32,000 bases of DNA, taken from assembly GCF_000698785.1 (NCBI RefSeq), contig NZ_CP007536.1, forward strand, positions 2,490,001 to 2,522,000, read 5' to 3'. Every line of letters starts with the position of its first letter. Within the stretch, counting starts at the first letter, position 1. Made by a program: the position numbers and the translations under genes. Shown here piece after piece: positions 12,910-22,621 of this stretch. The DNA is from Nitrososphaera viennensis EN76. GTDB lineage: Archaea > Thermoproteota > Nitrososphaeria > Nitrososphaerales > Nitrososphaeraceae. The notes under the pieces were generated by a model. It was not told the DNA's origin, made no database searches, and was given only the letters and a program-made list of their open reading frames with translations.

Positions 12910-15663
12910 TTGGGCAAGAAAGAACTCGCCGCAATGTTTTCGCAAAACCCTGACCGCTATTACAAGGTCGCGCTGTTCGACCAGATGGGGTTCCAGCGCA
13001 GGCAGTGCAACCTCTGCGGCAAGCATTTCTGGACGCTGGCCGCTGACAGGCAGTCTTGCCCCGACCATGAAAATTACGGCTTTATCGGCAGGCCTCCGAC
13101 CAGCAAGCGCCTCGACTATGTCAGCGCGTGGAAGGAGACGGAGAAATTCTTTGCAAAAAACGGCCACGAGATAGTGAGGCGCTATCCCGTCGTGTGCAGG
13201 TGGCGCGACGACCTTTACTTCACGATAGCGTCGATAGTTGATTTCCAGCGCGTCATGAACAGCCAGGTCGTGTTTGAACTGCCGGCAAACCCGCTTGTGG
13301 TGCCGCAGATGTGCCTGCGCTTCAACGACATTGAAAACGTCGGGCTTTCCGGCCGCCATTACACGGGCTTTTGCATGATAGGCCAGACCTGCAACGCGGA
13401 CGCGCCAGGCGGCTACTGGAAGGACCGCTGCATCGAGCTTGACTATGGCATGCTCACCCGGGGCCTCGGCATAAAGCCGGAGGAGGTAACGTTTGTCGAG
13501 GACGTGTGGATGGGCGCCGGCGCGTTTGGCTACTCGCTTGAATATTTCGTCCGCGGCCTTGAGCTTGGCAACGCCGTGTTTACCGAGTTTGAGGGCGACG
13601 AGAACAACTACCGCGTCATGCCAAACAAGATAATAGACATGGGCGCCGGCCTTGAGCGCTTTTCTTGGGTGACAATGGGGACTCCAACAAGCTATGACTG
13701 CTGCTTTGGGCCTGTCGTCGACAAAATGCTGGACATGACAGGCACAGACCGCAACGCGGAATTCCTGTCAAACTACTTTGGCGCAGTCGCTTCAAAACTT
13801 GAAACGACGGGGGGAAACGTCAAGGAACTAAAGGCGATCCTTGCCCGCGAGATGGGCCTCTCTTACGACCAGCTCGCCAGGATGGTCGCCCCGCACGAGG
13901 CCGTGTACACGGTCGCAGACCACGTGCGCACGCTGCTCTTTGCAATATCCGACGGCGCGCTCCCGTCAAACGTGGGCGGGGGATACAACCTGCGCGTCAT
14001 CCTGAGAAGGGCGCTGTCGATACTGGAGCGCCTGAACTGGAACAACGTCAAGCTAGAAGACGTCGCCGACATCCAGATAGACTACCTTGGGCAGATGTAT
14101 CCTGAGCTTGAGGAGCACCGGCAGGACGTGCGCACAATCCTCGGGCTAGAGTCCGGCCGGTACACCGGCTCGCGCGAGCGCATGAACGGCATAGTGGCGT
14201 CGCTGAAGAAGGCCAAGAAATCATCCGGCGAGCTTGAAGTCTCTGACCTCATCAGGATGTACGAGTCTGACGGGATAACGCCCGACTTCCTCGTGGAGCA
14301 GGGAGTCATTTCAAGCGTGCCGTCCACGTTCTACACGAAACTTGCAGAACTGCACACGAGCGTCGCCGGCGGCGGGACGGAGAAGGCCAAGCCGGTGCGC
14401 GGCCTTGAAGGCCTGCCTGCCACGGAACTCCTCTACTACGAAGACGAGTCGATACGCGAGTTTGACGCCAAGGTGCTCAAGGTGGTCGACAACGGCAAGT
14501 ACGTCGTGCTTGACAGGACCGCATTCTACCCGCGGGGAGGCGGGCAGGAGCCGGACACGGGCGAGATTTCCGGCGCCAAGGTTGTTGAGGTGACAAAGCA
14601 GGCAGACATTGTGGTCCACAGGATAGAAGATGGCGGCAAGCTGCTGCATGAAGGGCAGGCCGTGAAAGGCATCGTGAACGGACGCAGGCGCGACATGGTG
14701 ACCAAGCACCACACCGCGACGCATGTCATCAACTCGTCTGCAAGGAACAACCTCGGCTCGTGGGTGTGGCAGAACTCTGCCTTCAAGGAGGAGAGCTATG
14801 GCAGGCTCGACATCACGCACCACTCGGCGCTGTCAAAGGAGGAGGTGCAAAAGATAGAGCAGACCGCAAACATTGCCGTGCGCAAGAACCTTCCTGTCGA
14901 CATCAGGTTCTACGACAGGGGGGACGCCGAGCAGAAGTACAGTTTTCGTATCTACCAGGGCGGAGTGGTGCCGTCAAACAACGTGCGCATCGTCAACATC
15001 GACAACTGGGACATCGAGGCGTGCGGCGGGACGCACGTCAGGCGCACGGGCGAAATCGGGCTGATAAAGATCGTAAAATCCGAGAGGATCCAGGACGGCG
15101 TCGTGCGCCTTGAATTCGTTGCAGGCGAGGCAGCGGTCAACTACATGCAAAGCCAGGAAACCCAGCTGTCGACTATAGCGCAGGCGCTTGGCTCAAGCAG
15201 GGAAAAGGTGCTTGAATCGTTCACAAAGGCGATGGACGACGCGGAATCGGCAAAGAAAAAGCTGCGCATCATGCTTCGCACCGTCGCAGAGACGATGGCA
15301 AAGAGCGTGTCAGAGCAGGCGAAGAACCTCGGAGACGTCAAGCTGTACAGCACGTACGACGAAGAGCTGGACGAGGACTACCACATCGCGGTGGGGGAAA
15401 AGGCAATCGAGATTGACCCGTCGCTCGTGTACGTGGCCCTGGTGGCAAAAGGCGCCGGTATGAGGGTAATCGTGTTCGCAGGCGAAAAGGCAAGCAAGCG
15501 CGCAAGAGCCGGCGCCATAGCCAGGCAGGTATCGGCCAAGCTCGGAGGCTCTGGAGGCGGGGACGACCGCTTTGGGCAGGGCGGCGGCCGGCTGAAGGAA
15601 AAGATCAAAGAGGCTCTTCTATCTGCAGAAGAGATGGTAGTAGCGGCAAAGAAGGCGTCGTGA
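12910..15663 (+). CDS. alaS: Alanyl-tRNA synthetase (archaeal type)
   Basis: 917 aa. N-terminal zinc knuckle (CNLCGKHFW…CPDH), editing-domain HTATHV…CGGTH, and a C-terminal DHHA1-like region. The start is TTG 12910 or ATG 12934. Confidence 0.97.
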   Translation: MGKKELAAMFSQNPDRYYKVALFDQMGFQRRQCNLCGKHFWTLAADRQSCPDHENYGFIGRPPTSKRLDYVSAWKETEKFFAKNGHEIVRRYPVVCRWRDDLYFTIASIVDFQRVMNSQVVFELPANPLVVPQMCLRFNDIENVGLSGRHYTGFCMIGQTCNADAPGGYWKDRCIELDYGMLTRGLGIKPEEVTFVEDVWMGAGAFGYSLEYFVRGLELGNAVFTEFEGDENNYRVMPNKIIDMGAGLERFSWVTMGTPTSYDCCFGPVVDKMLDMTGTDRNAEFLSNYFGAVASKLETTGGNVKELKAILAREMGLSYDQLARMVAPHEAVYTVADHVRTLLFAISDGALPSNVGGGYNLRVILRRALSILERLNWNNVKLEDVADIQIDYLGQMYPELEEHRQDVRTILGLESGRYTGSRERMNGIVASLKKAKKSSGELEVSDLIRMYESDGITPDFLVEQGVISSVPSTFYTKLAELHTSVAGGGTEKAKPVRGLEGLPATELLYYEDESIREFDAKVLKVVDNGKYVVLDRTAFYPRGGGQEPDTGEISGAKVVEVTKQADIVVHRIEDGGKLLHEGQAVKGIVNGRRRDMVTKHHTATHVINSSARNNLGSWVWQNSAFKEESYGRLDITHHSALSKEEVQKIEQTANIAVRKNLPVDIRFYDRGDAEQKYSFRIYQGGVVPSNNVRIVNIDNWDIEACGGTHVRRTGEIGLIKIVKSERIQDGVVRLEFVAGEAAVNYMQSQETQLSTIAQALGSSREKVLESFTKAMDDAESAKKKLRIMLRTVAETMAKSVSEQAKNLGDVKLYSTYDEELDEDYHIAVGEKAIEIDPSLVYVALVAKGAGMRVIVFAGEKASKRARAGAIARQVSAKLGGSGGGDDRFGQGGGRLKEKIKEALLSAEEMVVAAKKAS

Positions 15664-15672
15664 TGATTTCAT

Positions 15673-18576
15673 ATGAGCAGCATTACTGACTGGCGCGCAA
15701 TAGAGGAAAAATGGATCAAGAGGTGGGATGAGCAGAAACTCTTCCAGGCAGACCCAGACCCTTCAAGGAAAAAGTATTTCGTCACCGTCGCCTACCCGTA
15801 CCCGAACTCGCCCCAGCACATCGGGCACGGCCGCACCTACACGCTTGCAGACGCGCACGCCCGCTACATGCGCATGAAAGGCTACAACGTGCTCTTCCCG
15901 ATGGGCTTTCATTATACAGGCACCCCGATCCTTGGCATGTCGCGAAGAGTGGCGGCCGGCGACAAGGACCTGCTTGACACCTTCCACAATATTTACAAAT
16001 TAGCTGACGATGTCATCGCCACGTTTGTCGAGCCGGTGAAGATAGCAAGCTACTTCCACAACGAGATCAAGCAGGGCATGAAGGAGATGGGCTACTCGAT
16101 GGACTGGCGCCGCGAATTCACCACCATCGACAGGATATACTCCAAGTTCATCTCGTGGCAGTTCCGCACGCTCCAGAAGAAAGGGTTGATAGTGCAGGGG
16201 TCGCATCCCGTGGGCTGGTGCCCCAACGACCAGAACCCCGTTAGCCAGCACGACACGATGGGCGACGTCGAGCCGGATTTCACCGAATACGTGCTGGTCA
16301 AGTTTGCGCATGACGGGCTGGTGGTGCCTGCGGCGACTCTCCGGCCGGAGACGCTGTTTGGCGTCACCAACATGTGGGTCAACCCAGACGTCGAGTACGT
16401 CGAGGCCAAGGTGGACGGCGAGCGCTGGGTGGTGAGCAGGGAAGCCGCGCGCAAGCTGGAATTTCTAAACCATGCAGTCGAGATAGCAAAAACAATCAAG
16501 GGGAGCGAGATGGTCGGATGGCAGCTGACAAACCCGCTCAACAATGCCAGGGTGCCGATGTACCCCGCGTCGTTCGTGGAGGCCGACAGCGGGACGGGGA
16601 TAGTGATGTCCGTCCCTGCGCACGCGCCGTACGACTACCAGGCCCTTGCAGACCTGAAAAACGACACGGCGACGCAGCAAAAATACGGCATAGCCGCAGT
16701 TGTCGAGCCGGTAAAGATAATCGAGTCAGAGGGCTACTCTGGAATTCCAGCAGCTGAAGCAATAGCCAACGTTCCTGCAAACAGTAGTGGCGACAGGCTG
16801 GAAAAGGCGACAAGCGACCTCTACTCGCACGAGTTCTACAAGGGCAGGATGATGATGCAGAATACCGGCAAGTACGCCGGCAAGCCAGTCTCTGTGGCAA
16901 AGGAGGAGCTGAAAGCCGAGATCGCCTCTTCCGGCCTGGCTTCTGTCATGTACGAGCTGACGAACAAGCCTGTGAGATGCAGGTGCGGAGCCGAGTGCGT
17001 AGTCAAGCTGTTAAACGACCAGTGGTTCCTCAACTATGGCGACAAGGAATGGAAGGCCCTTGCGCACGAGTGCATCCAGAAAATGGACATCGTGCCGCAG
17101 GACATCCGCCAGGAATTCGACTATGTAGTCGACTGGCTGCGCGAAAGGGCGTGCGCCAGAAAGTCCGGCCTTGGCACGAAACTGCCGTGGGACCCTGAAT
17201 GGATAATCGAAAGCCTGTCGGACTCTGTAATCTACATGGCCTATTACACGATTGCCAAGTACGTCAACGACAAGACCATACCGGACACCGAAACAATCTC
17301 TGACTCGTTCTTTGACTATGTGCTCTTTGGGCAGGGCGACGCAGAGGCAGTCGCCCGGGAATCGGGCGTGCCTGCAATAGAAAAGATACGCGCAGAATTC
17401 AAGTACTTTTACCCGGTCGACTCGCGCCATTCAGGACGCGACCTAGTGCCAAACCACCTGTCGTTTTTCATATTCAACCACGTCGCCATCTTTGACCGCG
17501 ACAACTGGCCTAGGCAGATCGTAGTCAACGGCTCGGTTCTCATGGAAGGGAAAAAGATGAGCAAGTCGCTTGGCAACATCATCCCGCTTCGCGCGGCAAT
17601 ACGGGAGCACGGGGCTGACACCATCCGCCTTGCGATGCTAGTCTCGGCAGAGATACTGCAGGACGCAGACTTTTCCTTTGACACTGCAAGGGGGATAAAG
17701 TCCAAGCTCGCAGGCGTCCTTGAGATGGCCGAGAGGGTAAAGGATGCTGCTGCCGCCCATGCGCAGGCAGAACAGGTGGAAGACAGGTGGCTTGCAAGCA
17801 GGCTTGTGCGCACCGCCGCGCAGACGGCCGAGTCGATGGACCGGCTGCGCGTAAGGGAAGCAATACACCACATACTCTACGCGCTGGAGCAGGACCTGCA
17901 GTGGTACGACAGGCGCGTGCGCGCAAAGGGGCGTGAAAACTCGCCGGCAGTCATGTCTGCGTTGAAAGAGTACGTCAGGGCGCAGGTGCAGATGCTTGCG
18001 CCATTTGCGCCGTTTACTGCAGAGGAGGTGTGGGAACGCCTTGGCAGCAAGGAGATGGTAACTGAGGCAGGATGGCCGTCAGCAGACCAAAGCAAGCTCG
18101 ACATCATGGCAGAAGAATCCGAATTTCTTGTGCAGGGCCTGATTGCCGACATTGCCAACATCGTCAAGGTGACAAAAATCGCGCCCAGAAAAATCGTGGT
18201 CTATGCCTCGGCCGGCTGGAAAAGCCATGCCTACAAAACCGTGCTTGAAAACATCGCTGCCGGCAGGACGAACTTTGGCGACATGATGAAGCAGCTGATC
18301 GCAAGCCCTGAAACATCCAGGGTAAAGTCGGACCCGAACCTTGTCAAAAAGATGCAGGACGACATACTCTCGACGCCGCTTGAGGCGCGCAGCAGGCGCG
18401 CAACGCTGGCAGGCTTTGACGAAGTCTCTGCGATCAAGGACGCGGCTGGACTGCTTGGCAAAGAGTTCAACGGCGCAGAGGTGCTCGTCTACTCTGAAGA
18501 CGACGCTTCAAAATACGATCCAAAGGCCAAGGCCAGGTTTGCAAGGCCGTTCAAGCCGGCAGTGTACATGGAATAA
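15673..18576 (+). CDS. leuS: Leucyl-tRNA synthetase (archaeal type)
   Basis: 967 aa. HIGH region (PQHIGHGRTY), KMSKS loop (GKKMSKSLGN) and a CP1 editing insertion. It starts 9 nt after the alaS stop. Confidence 0.97.
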   Translation: MSSITDWRAIEEKWIKRWDEQKLFQADPDPSRKKYFVTVAYPYPNSPQHIGHGRTYTLADAHARYMRMKGYNVLFPMGFHYTGTPILGMSRRVAAGDKDLLDTFHNIYKLADDVIATFVEPVKIASYFHNEIKQGMKEMGYSMDWRREFTTIDRIYSKFISWQFRTLQKKGLIVQGSHPVGWCPNDQNPVSQHDTMGDVEPDFTEYVLVKFAHDGLVVPAATLRPETLFGVTNMWVNPDVEYVEAKVDGERWVVSREAARKLEFLNHAVEIAKTIKGSEMVGWQLTNPLNNARVPMYPASFVEADSGTGIVMSVPAHAPYDYQALADLKNDTATQQKYGIAAVVEPVKIIESEGYSGIPAAEAIANVPANSSGDRLEKATSDLYSHEFYKGRMMMQNTGKYAGKPVSVAKEELKAEIASSGLASVMYELTNKPVRCRCGAECVVKLLNDQWFLNYGDKEWKALAHECIQKMDIVPQDIRQEFDYVVDWLRERACARKSGLGTKLPWDPEWIIESLSDSVIYMAYYTIAKYVNDKTIPDTETISDSFFDYVLFGQGDAEAVARESGVPAIEKIRAEFKYFYPVDSRHSGRDLVPNHLSFFIFNHVAIFDRDNWPRQIVVNGSVLMEGKKMSKSLGNIIPLRAAIREHGADTIRLAMLVSAEILQDADFSFDTARGIKSKLAGVLEMAERVKDAAAAHAQAEQVEDRWLASRLVRTAAQTAESMDRLRVREAIHHILYALEQDLQWYDRRVRAKGRENSPAVMSALKEYVRAQVQMLAPFAPFTAEEVWERLGSKEMVTEAGWPSADQSKLDIMAEESEFLVQGLIADIANIVKVTKIAPRKIVVYASAGWKSHAYKTVLENIAAGRTNFGDMMKQLIASPETSRVKSDPNLVKKMQDDILSTPLEARSRRATLAGFDEVSAIKDAAGLLGKEFNGAEVLVYSEDDASKYDPKAKARFARPFKPAVYME

Positions 18577-18785
18577 TGCCAATAATCTGTCCTAGTCGGT
18601 ACAATGTATGTGTGTGTGATATATGGCAGCTGAACCCCAAGATGGGAAATTTCATTATTGCCAACTAGCCTGGTATTATGTGCCGCTTGGCTGGTTATCA
18701 AGTGATGTATTTGACAATCGGCGCTTGCAGAGTACACGCTAATCATAAATGCACATGTCACGTACAGTACCCTGTGTACCGATAA

Positions 18786-19604
18786 ATGGCCGCGCTGGGA
18801 GAAGAGATTGCAGGCTCGTTTTCTTTTGACGTGACAAAGAGGATGCTCAACGCACTGGAAGCAAGCGGGCCGATAAACAGGACCAATCTTGCCCAAAAAA
18901 CAGGGTTGAACTACAACGTTTGTTTGAGGTATATCAAGATGCTGAGCGTGCTTGGGTGGATAGAAATGTGCTCTTCTGCCAAAGGCGATTGCGTTTCCAT
19001 CACCGAAGTCGGAAGGCAGGTCAGCGCCAAATTGCTGGACACCTCCACAAGCACAATAGCAGCCGCCTACAATACGGGTGGCGGGCGGGCCGCCAGGGGT
19101 CTTCAAGGTGAAGAGAAAGAGGGACGGCAACAGCAACAACAACCGCAGCCGTCCGGCCACGCTCTGTCTGGAGGGGAAGAAAAGGTCAAGAGGTTTGCTC
19201 AAACCAGCAGCAGCCTGGCCGCTGGTGCCAAAAGCAAATCGCGTAACATCATGATAGTGGATGACGAACCCGATATAGCCGTGACCTACCAGTACTTTCT
19301 GGCATCGGAAGGCTACAACGTGGAAGCATTTTCAGACGCATACAGCGCGCTGCGTGAATTTACAAGACACTCTTCCTACTACGACCTCATAATCCTTGAC
19401 ATAAGGATGCCCGGGCTTAATGGGCTCCAGTTATACCAGAGCCTCAAGGGCATGAATCCTTCCTGCAAAGTCATTTTCATATCTGCCCTTGACGCCGCAA
19501 GGGAGATGGTCAGCATCCTGCCAGGGGTCACTGCAGACGACATCATGAAAAAGCCGGTCGACAAAAAGTCATTCTTGAGAAAAATCAACGAAATCTTTAG
19601 CTAG
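18786..19604 (+). CDS. Response regulator with N-terminal winged-helix domain, Gln-rich linker and C-terminal receiver (REC) domain
   Basis: REC is IMIVDDEPDIAVTY…YDLIILDIRMPGLNGLQLY…VIFISA…IMKKP. The N-terminal wHTH-like segment is TKRMLNALEASGPINRTNLAQKTGLNYNVCLRYIKMLSVLGWIE. The linker is GEEKEGRQQQQQPQPSG. Confidence 0.85.
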   Translation: MAALGEEIAGSFSFDVTKRMLNALEASGPINRTNLAQKTGLNYNVCLRYIKMLSVLGWIEMCSSAKGDCVSITEVGRQVSAKLLDTSTSTIAAAYNTGGGRAARGLQGEEKEGRQQQQQPQPSGHALSGGEEKVKRFAQTSSSLAAGAKSKSRNIMIVDDEPDIAVTYQYFLASEGYNVEAFSDAYSALREFTRHSSYYDLIILDIRMPGLNGLQLYQSLKGMNPSCKVIFISALDAAREMVSILPGVTADDIMKKPVDKKSFLRKINEIFS

Positions 19605-19670
19605 GGCAGCTACGGCACAAAATCGCCGTCACAGCCTCTCCTGATCTGCTGAACCGTCTCCTGCTGTGGC

Positions 19671-19677
19671 TTTTTTT
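19671..19677 (+). terminator. T7 run downstream of the response-regulator gene
   Basis: GTGGCTTTTTTTCATTCTTG lies 67 nt after the stop. Confidence 0.45.
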
Positions 19678-19754
19678 CATTCTTGCGAATCAGTTAGTTG
19701 GTTAGTTATCTGCCAATAAGCATCAGCGGATCAGTTACCCGTCAATGAGCGATG

Positions 19755-19764
19755 CTTAATTCAT
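19755..19764 (+). promoter_or_regulatory. TATA-like box for the small PII-like gene
   Basis: CTTAATTCAT is centred about 26 nt upstream of GTG 19786. Confidence 0.35.
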
Positions 19765-19785
19765 GCATATCACATATCCTAGCCC

Positions 19786-20172
19786 GTGGACAAACTAGAT
19801 CCGTCGGAATTCAAAACTCGTACAGGTACAGCCACTCAAGAGTTGTCGCAAAAGGCGCAGTCTGCCAAGATGAGGGTCGAATTCACCATACCAACGAAAA
19901 TGTGCGGAGAAGTGGTGGAGGCGTTTGAAACAATGAACCAGGAGGCCATGATCTATGAATCAAAAACATGCGGGTGCAAGAAGCAAAAATACACTATCGA
20001 TATCCACAGGGGGACGGGAACCATGGATTTGAACGACTCTGACCGGAGAACCATAGTATCCATTGTTGACTCTGACCTGGCAGAAGGACTGGTGAACCTT
20101 GTAAGGACAGTGGTAGGCAGAGACGGCTCGGCTGTAGTTCTTTCAGAAGTGCACAACCTGGTGCACCTCTGA
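19786..20172 (+). CDS. Small hypothetical protein (tentative PII/ACT-like beta-alpha-beta pattern)
   Basis: GTG at 19786 sits about 26 nt downstream of a TATA-like CTTAATTCAT. An alternative ATG is at 19870. MRVEFTIP…VVEAF…TIVSIVDSDLAEGLVNLVRTVVG…AVVLSEVHNL. A T7 terminator follows. Confidence 0.55.
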   Translation: MDKLDPSEFKTRTGTATQELSQKAQSAKMRVEFTIPTKMCGEVVEAFETMNQEAMIYESKTCGCKKQKYTIDIHRGTGTMDLNDSDRRTIVSIVDSDLAEGLVNLVRTVVGRDGSAVVLSEVHNLVHL

Positions 20173-20177
20173 CCTGC

Positions 20178-20184
20178 TTTTTTT
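20178..20184 (+). terminator. T7 run immediately after the PII-like gene
   Basis: TGACCTGCTTTTTTTAC. A second T6 is at 20210-20215. Confidence 0.5.
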
Positions 20185-20297
20185 ACAACAGCAGCAAGCA
20201 CACTACCAATTTTTTCTTGTCCGGCACTGGCGCTTGCGCACAGTAACACATTGCATGCCGAGTGCCATTCATTTCTGGCCGCGCTCCCGCTTACGCC

Positions 20298-22481
20298 TTA
20301 GCCTGATTTATCAGGGTGCTTGCCTGAAAGGGGCAGGCTAAACGCAAACGTCGCGCCCCTGCCATCTCTGTTGTTCTTGGCCCATATCCTGCCGCCGTGC
20401 GCTTCTACGATGCCTTTTGAAATGAACAATCCAAGCCCCGTGCCCTTTTCCGACTTGCTGGCAAACTTTGTAAACAATCTTGGCAATATTTCGGGATCTA
20501 TTCCTGAGCCGGAATCCCTGACTGAAAGGATGGCAAACTGGCCGTCATCGTTCAACTCTTTTGCAAGAGTGATCCACACGGTTCCTCCTCCGGCGAACTT
20601 GACGGCGTTGCTCAGGAGGTTGTACATGACCTGGGTTATCCTTCCCCTGTCCGCATTTACGAAAACATCCCTGTCTGGGCACGAGAACAAAAATTTTACT
20701 TTGTTGCCGACATCGGCTGATTTCTCCATGTCCGCAGCGACGTCTGTTATCACGTTGTTCAGGGAGAATATTTCCTTGTCCAGCCGGAGCGACTGGCTCT
20801 CTATCCTTGCAACATCCAGCAGGCTTTCCGTGAGCCTGTTCAGCCTGTTTGCATTTCTGTTGATGATTCTAAGCAGGTTGTGGTGCTCGCCATTACCACT
20901 ACTACCACCACCGCCGTTGCCCTCTTTCTGGTACAGGATCTCTGTCAGCCCGATTATTGGCTGGATGGGCGTCCTCAGCTCGTGAGCAGCTATGTTGATG
21001 AACTCTTTTTGCGTCTCGTTGTGCACCTTCAGCTGCTCGTACAATTGCCTTATTCGCTCGTACAGTTCCGTCTGGTGCCACAGGCTCTCAAATATCGAGG
21101 CGTACGACAGGACCGTGGCCTTGCTGTTTGAATACGTGGCAAGTCCCATTGCTTCGATGGAGGTTTCTTTCGTGTCGTCCTTCAGCTCCACGGCCAGCGA
21201 GTATTTCCTGTCTACCACCAGGAGCGAGACCCCGGTTCGCAGGGACGGCTCGATGCCTCTTATCTCGATTTGCTGCTGCAACCTTGCCTTTAGTTTTCTC
21301 GCCGTGTCTTTGATTGCGTCATCAATTGGCGTCATGATCCTGATTTGCAGGTCGCGTACTTCTTTCGCCTTCCCTGTCAGCATCTGTACCAGTCCTGCAC
21401 GCTCCTGGCGCCTGAAAGCGTTGGAAGTCGAGAATATCGCCAGAATCTCGTTCTTGGCCGAAGAGGCAAGCTCGAACGCCAGGCTCTGGACCCTGTGAGG
21501 GTCGGTTATGGTCTCGATTGATTCCAGCTGGACGCCTGCCTGCAGTTCCCTGATCCTCTTTTCCGCAGGCAACGCCTTTTCCCACAGGGTCTCAAAGAAA
21601 TGCTGCTGCTGCTCTACAAATTGCTGGACGGTGCTCCGGACAAGTTGCGACGGGGGCCGCCCATTCTTGACGTTTGCGCTGGCCCTGTAATCCCTTCCGT
21701 CGGCTATGCCAAAATTGCCCTTGACCTTGTCCAGGTGGCGCAGCTCTGCTATCTTCATCAGTTTCTTGCAGTCAGGGACGTTTTCCCTGGTTATCTCGGT
21801 GATGAACCTCAGCATTATCCCCCTGTTTTTGAGGTCAAGGAGCCCCTTCCATACCGGCTCGACCCTGACAAATGCACGCGGCCCGGTGCAATCCATGCAA
21901 TTGTCAAACCTTTTCGTTATGGTGTGAAAGCCCTGCAGCGTGATGTCGATTATGCGCTCCGTGCCGAACACCACCTCGGTCTTTTCAGGCTCTATCCCTT
22001 CTTCAATCTCTCTTATCTTGTATTCTGCCGGTATGGCCTTGCTCCATAGCGTGTCAAAGATGTACTGTCCCTGCCTTACCATCTCTGGGGCATTGCTGTA
22101 AATGACCTGCGTGAGGGGCTTGCCCTTCTCCAGGCAGGTGGTCGCCATGTACTCCTTTTCGTTGACTGCAATGCCGCCCCTGACGCCGTCCAGGTGGCGC
22201 AGCTCGTCAACCAACTTCATCAGTTCTTTGCAATAGCCGACGTTGTCCCTTGTAATTTCGGTAAAGGCCCTTATTTTTCCGCCCCTTTTCCTGATGTCGA
22301 TGTATCCATTCCTGTACGAATCGATTTCAACGACTATGGACGGCCCCTTGCTGTCAAAACAGATATCCATCTGCTTTTTTACATTTGACATAAACTTGAT
22401 TCCCTGGCCTACTGCACTCTCTACGCCGTAAAGAACCTCGGTCTTTTCTCCTTCTTTGCGGCTAGATGATAATTCAGCCAT
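20298..22481 (-). CDS. Soluble sensor histidine kinase with three tandem TrmB-C-terminal/PLD-like sensor modules
   Basis: HisKA H-box FINIAAHELRTPIQPI. HATPase N, G1 and G2 boxes (NLLSNAVKF, DSGSGI, GTGLGL). There is no TM segment. The N-terminal modules repeat …RFITEITRENVPDCKKLMKIAELRHLDKVKGNFGIADG…FETLWEKA. Confidence 0.93.
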   Translation of the reverse strand: MAELSSSRKEGEKTEVLYGVESAVGQGIKFMSNVKKQMDICFDSKGPSIVVEIDSYRNGYIDIRKRGGKIRAFTEITRDNVGYCKELMKLVDELRHLDGVRGGIAVNEKEYMATTCLEKGKPLTQVIYSNAPEMVRQGQYIFDTLWSKAIPAEYKIREIEEGIEPEKTEVVFGTERIIDITLQGFHTITKRFDNCMDCTGPRAFVRVEPVWKGLLDLKNRGIMLRFITEITRENVPDCKKLMKIAELRHLDKVKGNFGIADGRDYRASANVKNGRPPSQLVRSTVQQFVEQQQHFFETLWEKALPAEKRIRELQAGVQLESIETITDPHRVQSLAFELASSAKNEILAIFSTSNAFRRQERAGLVQMLTGKAKEVRDLQIRIMTPIDDAIKDTARKLKARLQQQIEIRGIEPSLRTGVSLLVVDRKYSLAVELKDDTKETSIEAMGLATYSNSKATVLSYASIFESLWHQTELYERIRQLYEQLKVHNETQKEFINIAAHELRTPIQPIIGLTEILYQKEGNGGGGSSGNGEHHNLLRIINRNANRLNRLTESLLDVARIESQSLRLDKEIFSLNNVITDVAADMEKSADVGNKVKFLFSCPDRDVFVNADRGRITQVMYNLLSNAVKFAGGGTVWITLAKELNDDGQFAILSVRDSGSGIDPEILPRLFTKFASKSEKGTGLGLFISKGIVEAHGGRIWAKNNRDGRGATFAFSLPLSGKHPDKSG

Positions 22482-22621
22482 GAAACCCTGTCACTATATA
22501 GGATCAGGAAATAATAAAGTAAAGTGGTTGGCTGGAATATAGTTGCCTGCCCTGTCACCTCAATTATTATAATATCCTGCCGTTAAATTTCAAAATTAGC
22601 CATTTTTTTCACGATCTTATC

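Noticed and set aside
12640-13359. 239-aa minus-strand ORF
   Set aside because: It is antisense to the alaS 5' region and to the 5' end of gene 12293..12781. It is Arg- and His-rich with no motifs, and alaS clearly owns this DNA.
18489-19202. 237-aa minus-strand ORF
   Set aside because: It overlaps the leuS 3' end and the response-regulator gene in antisense. It crosses an AT-rich promoter region and has no motifs.
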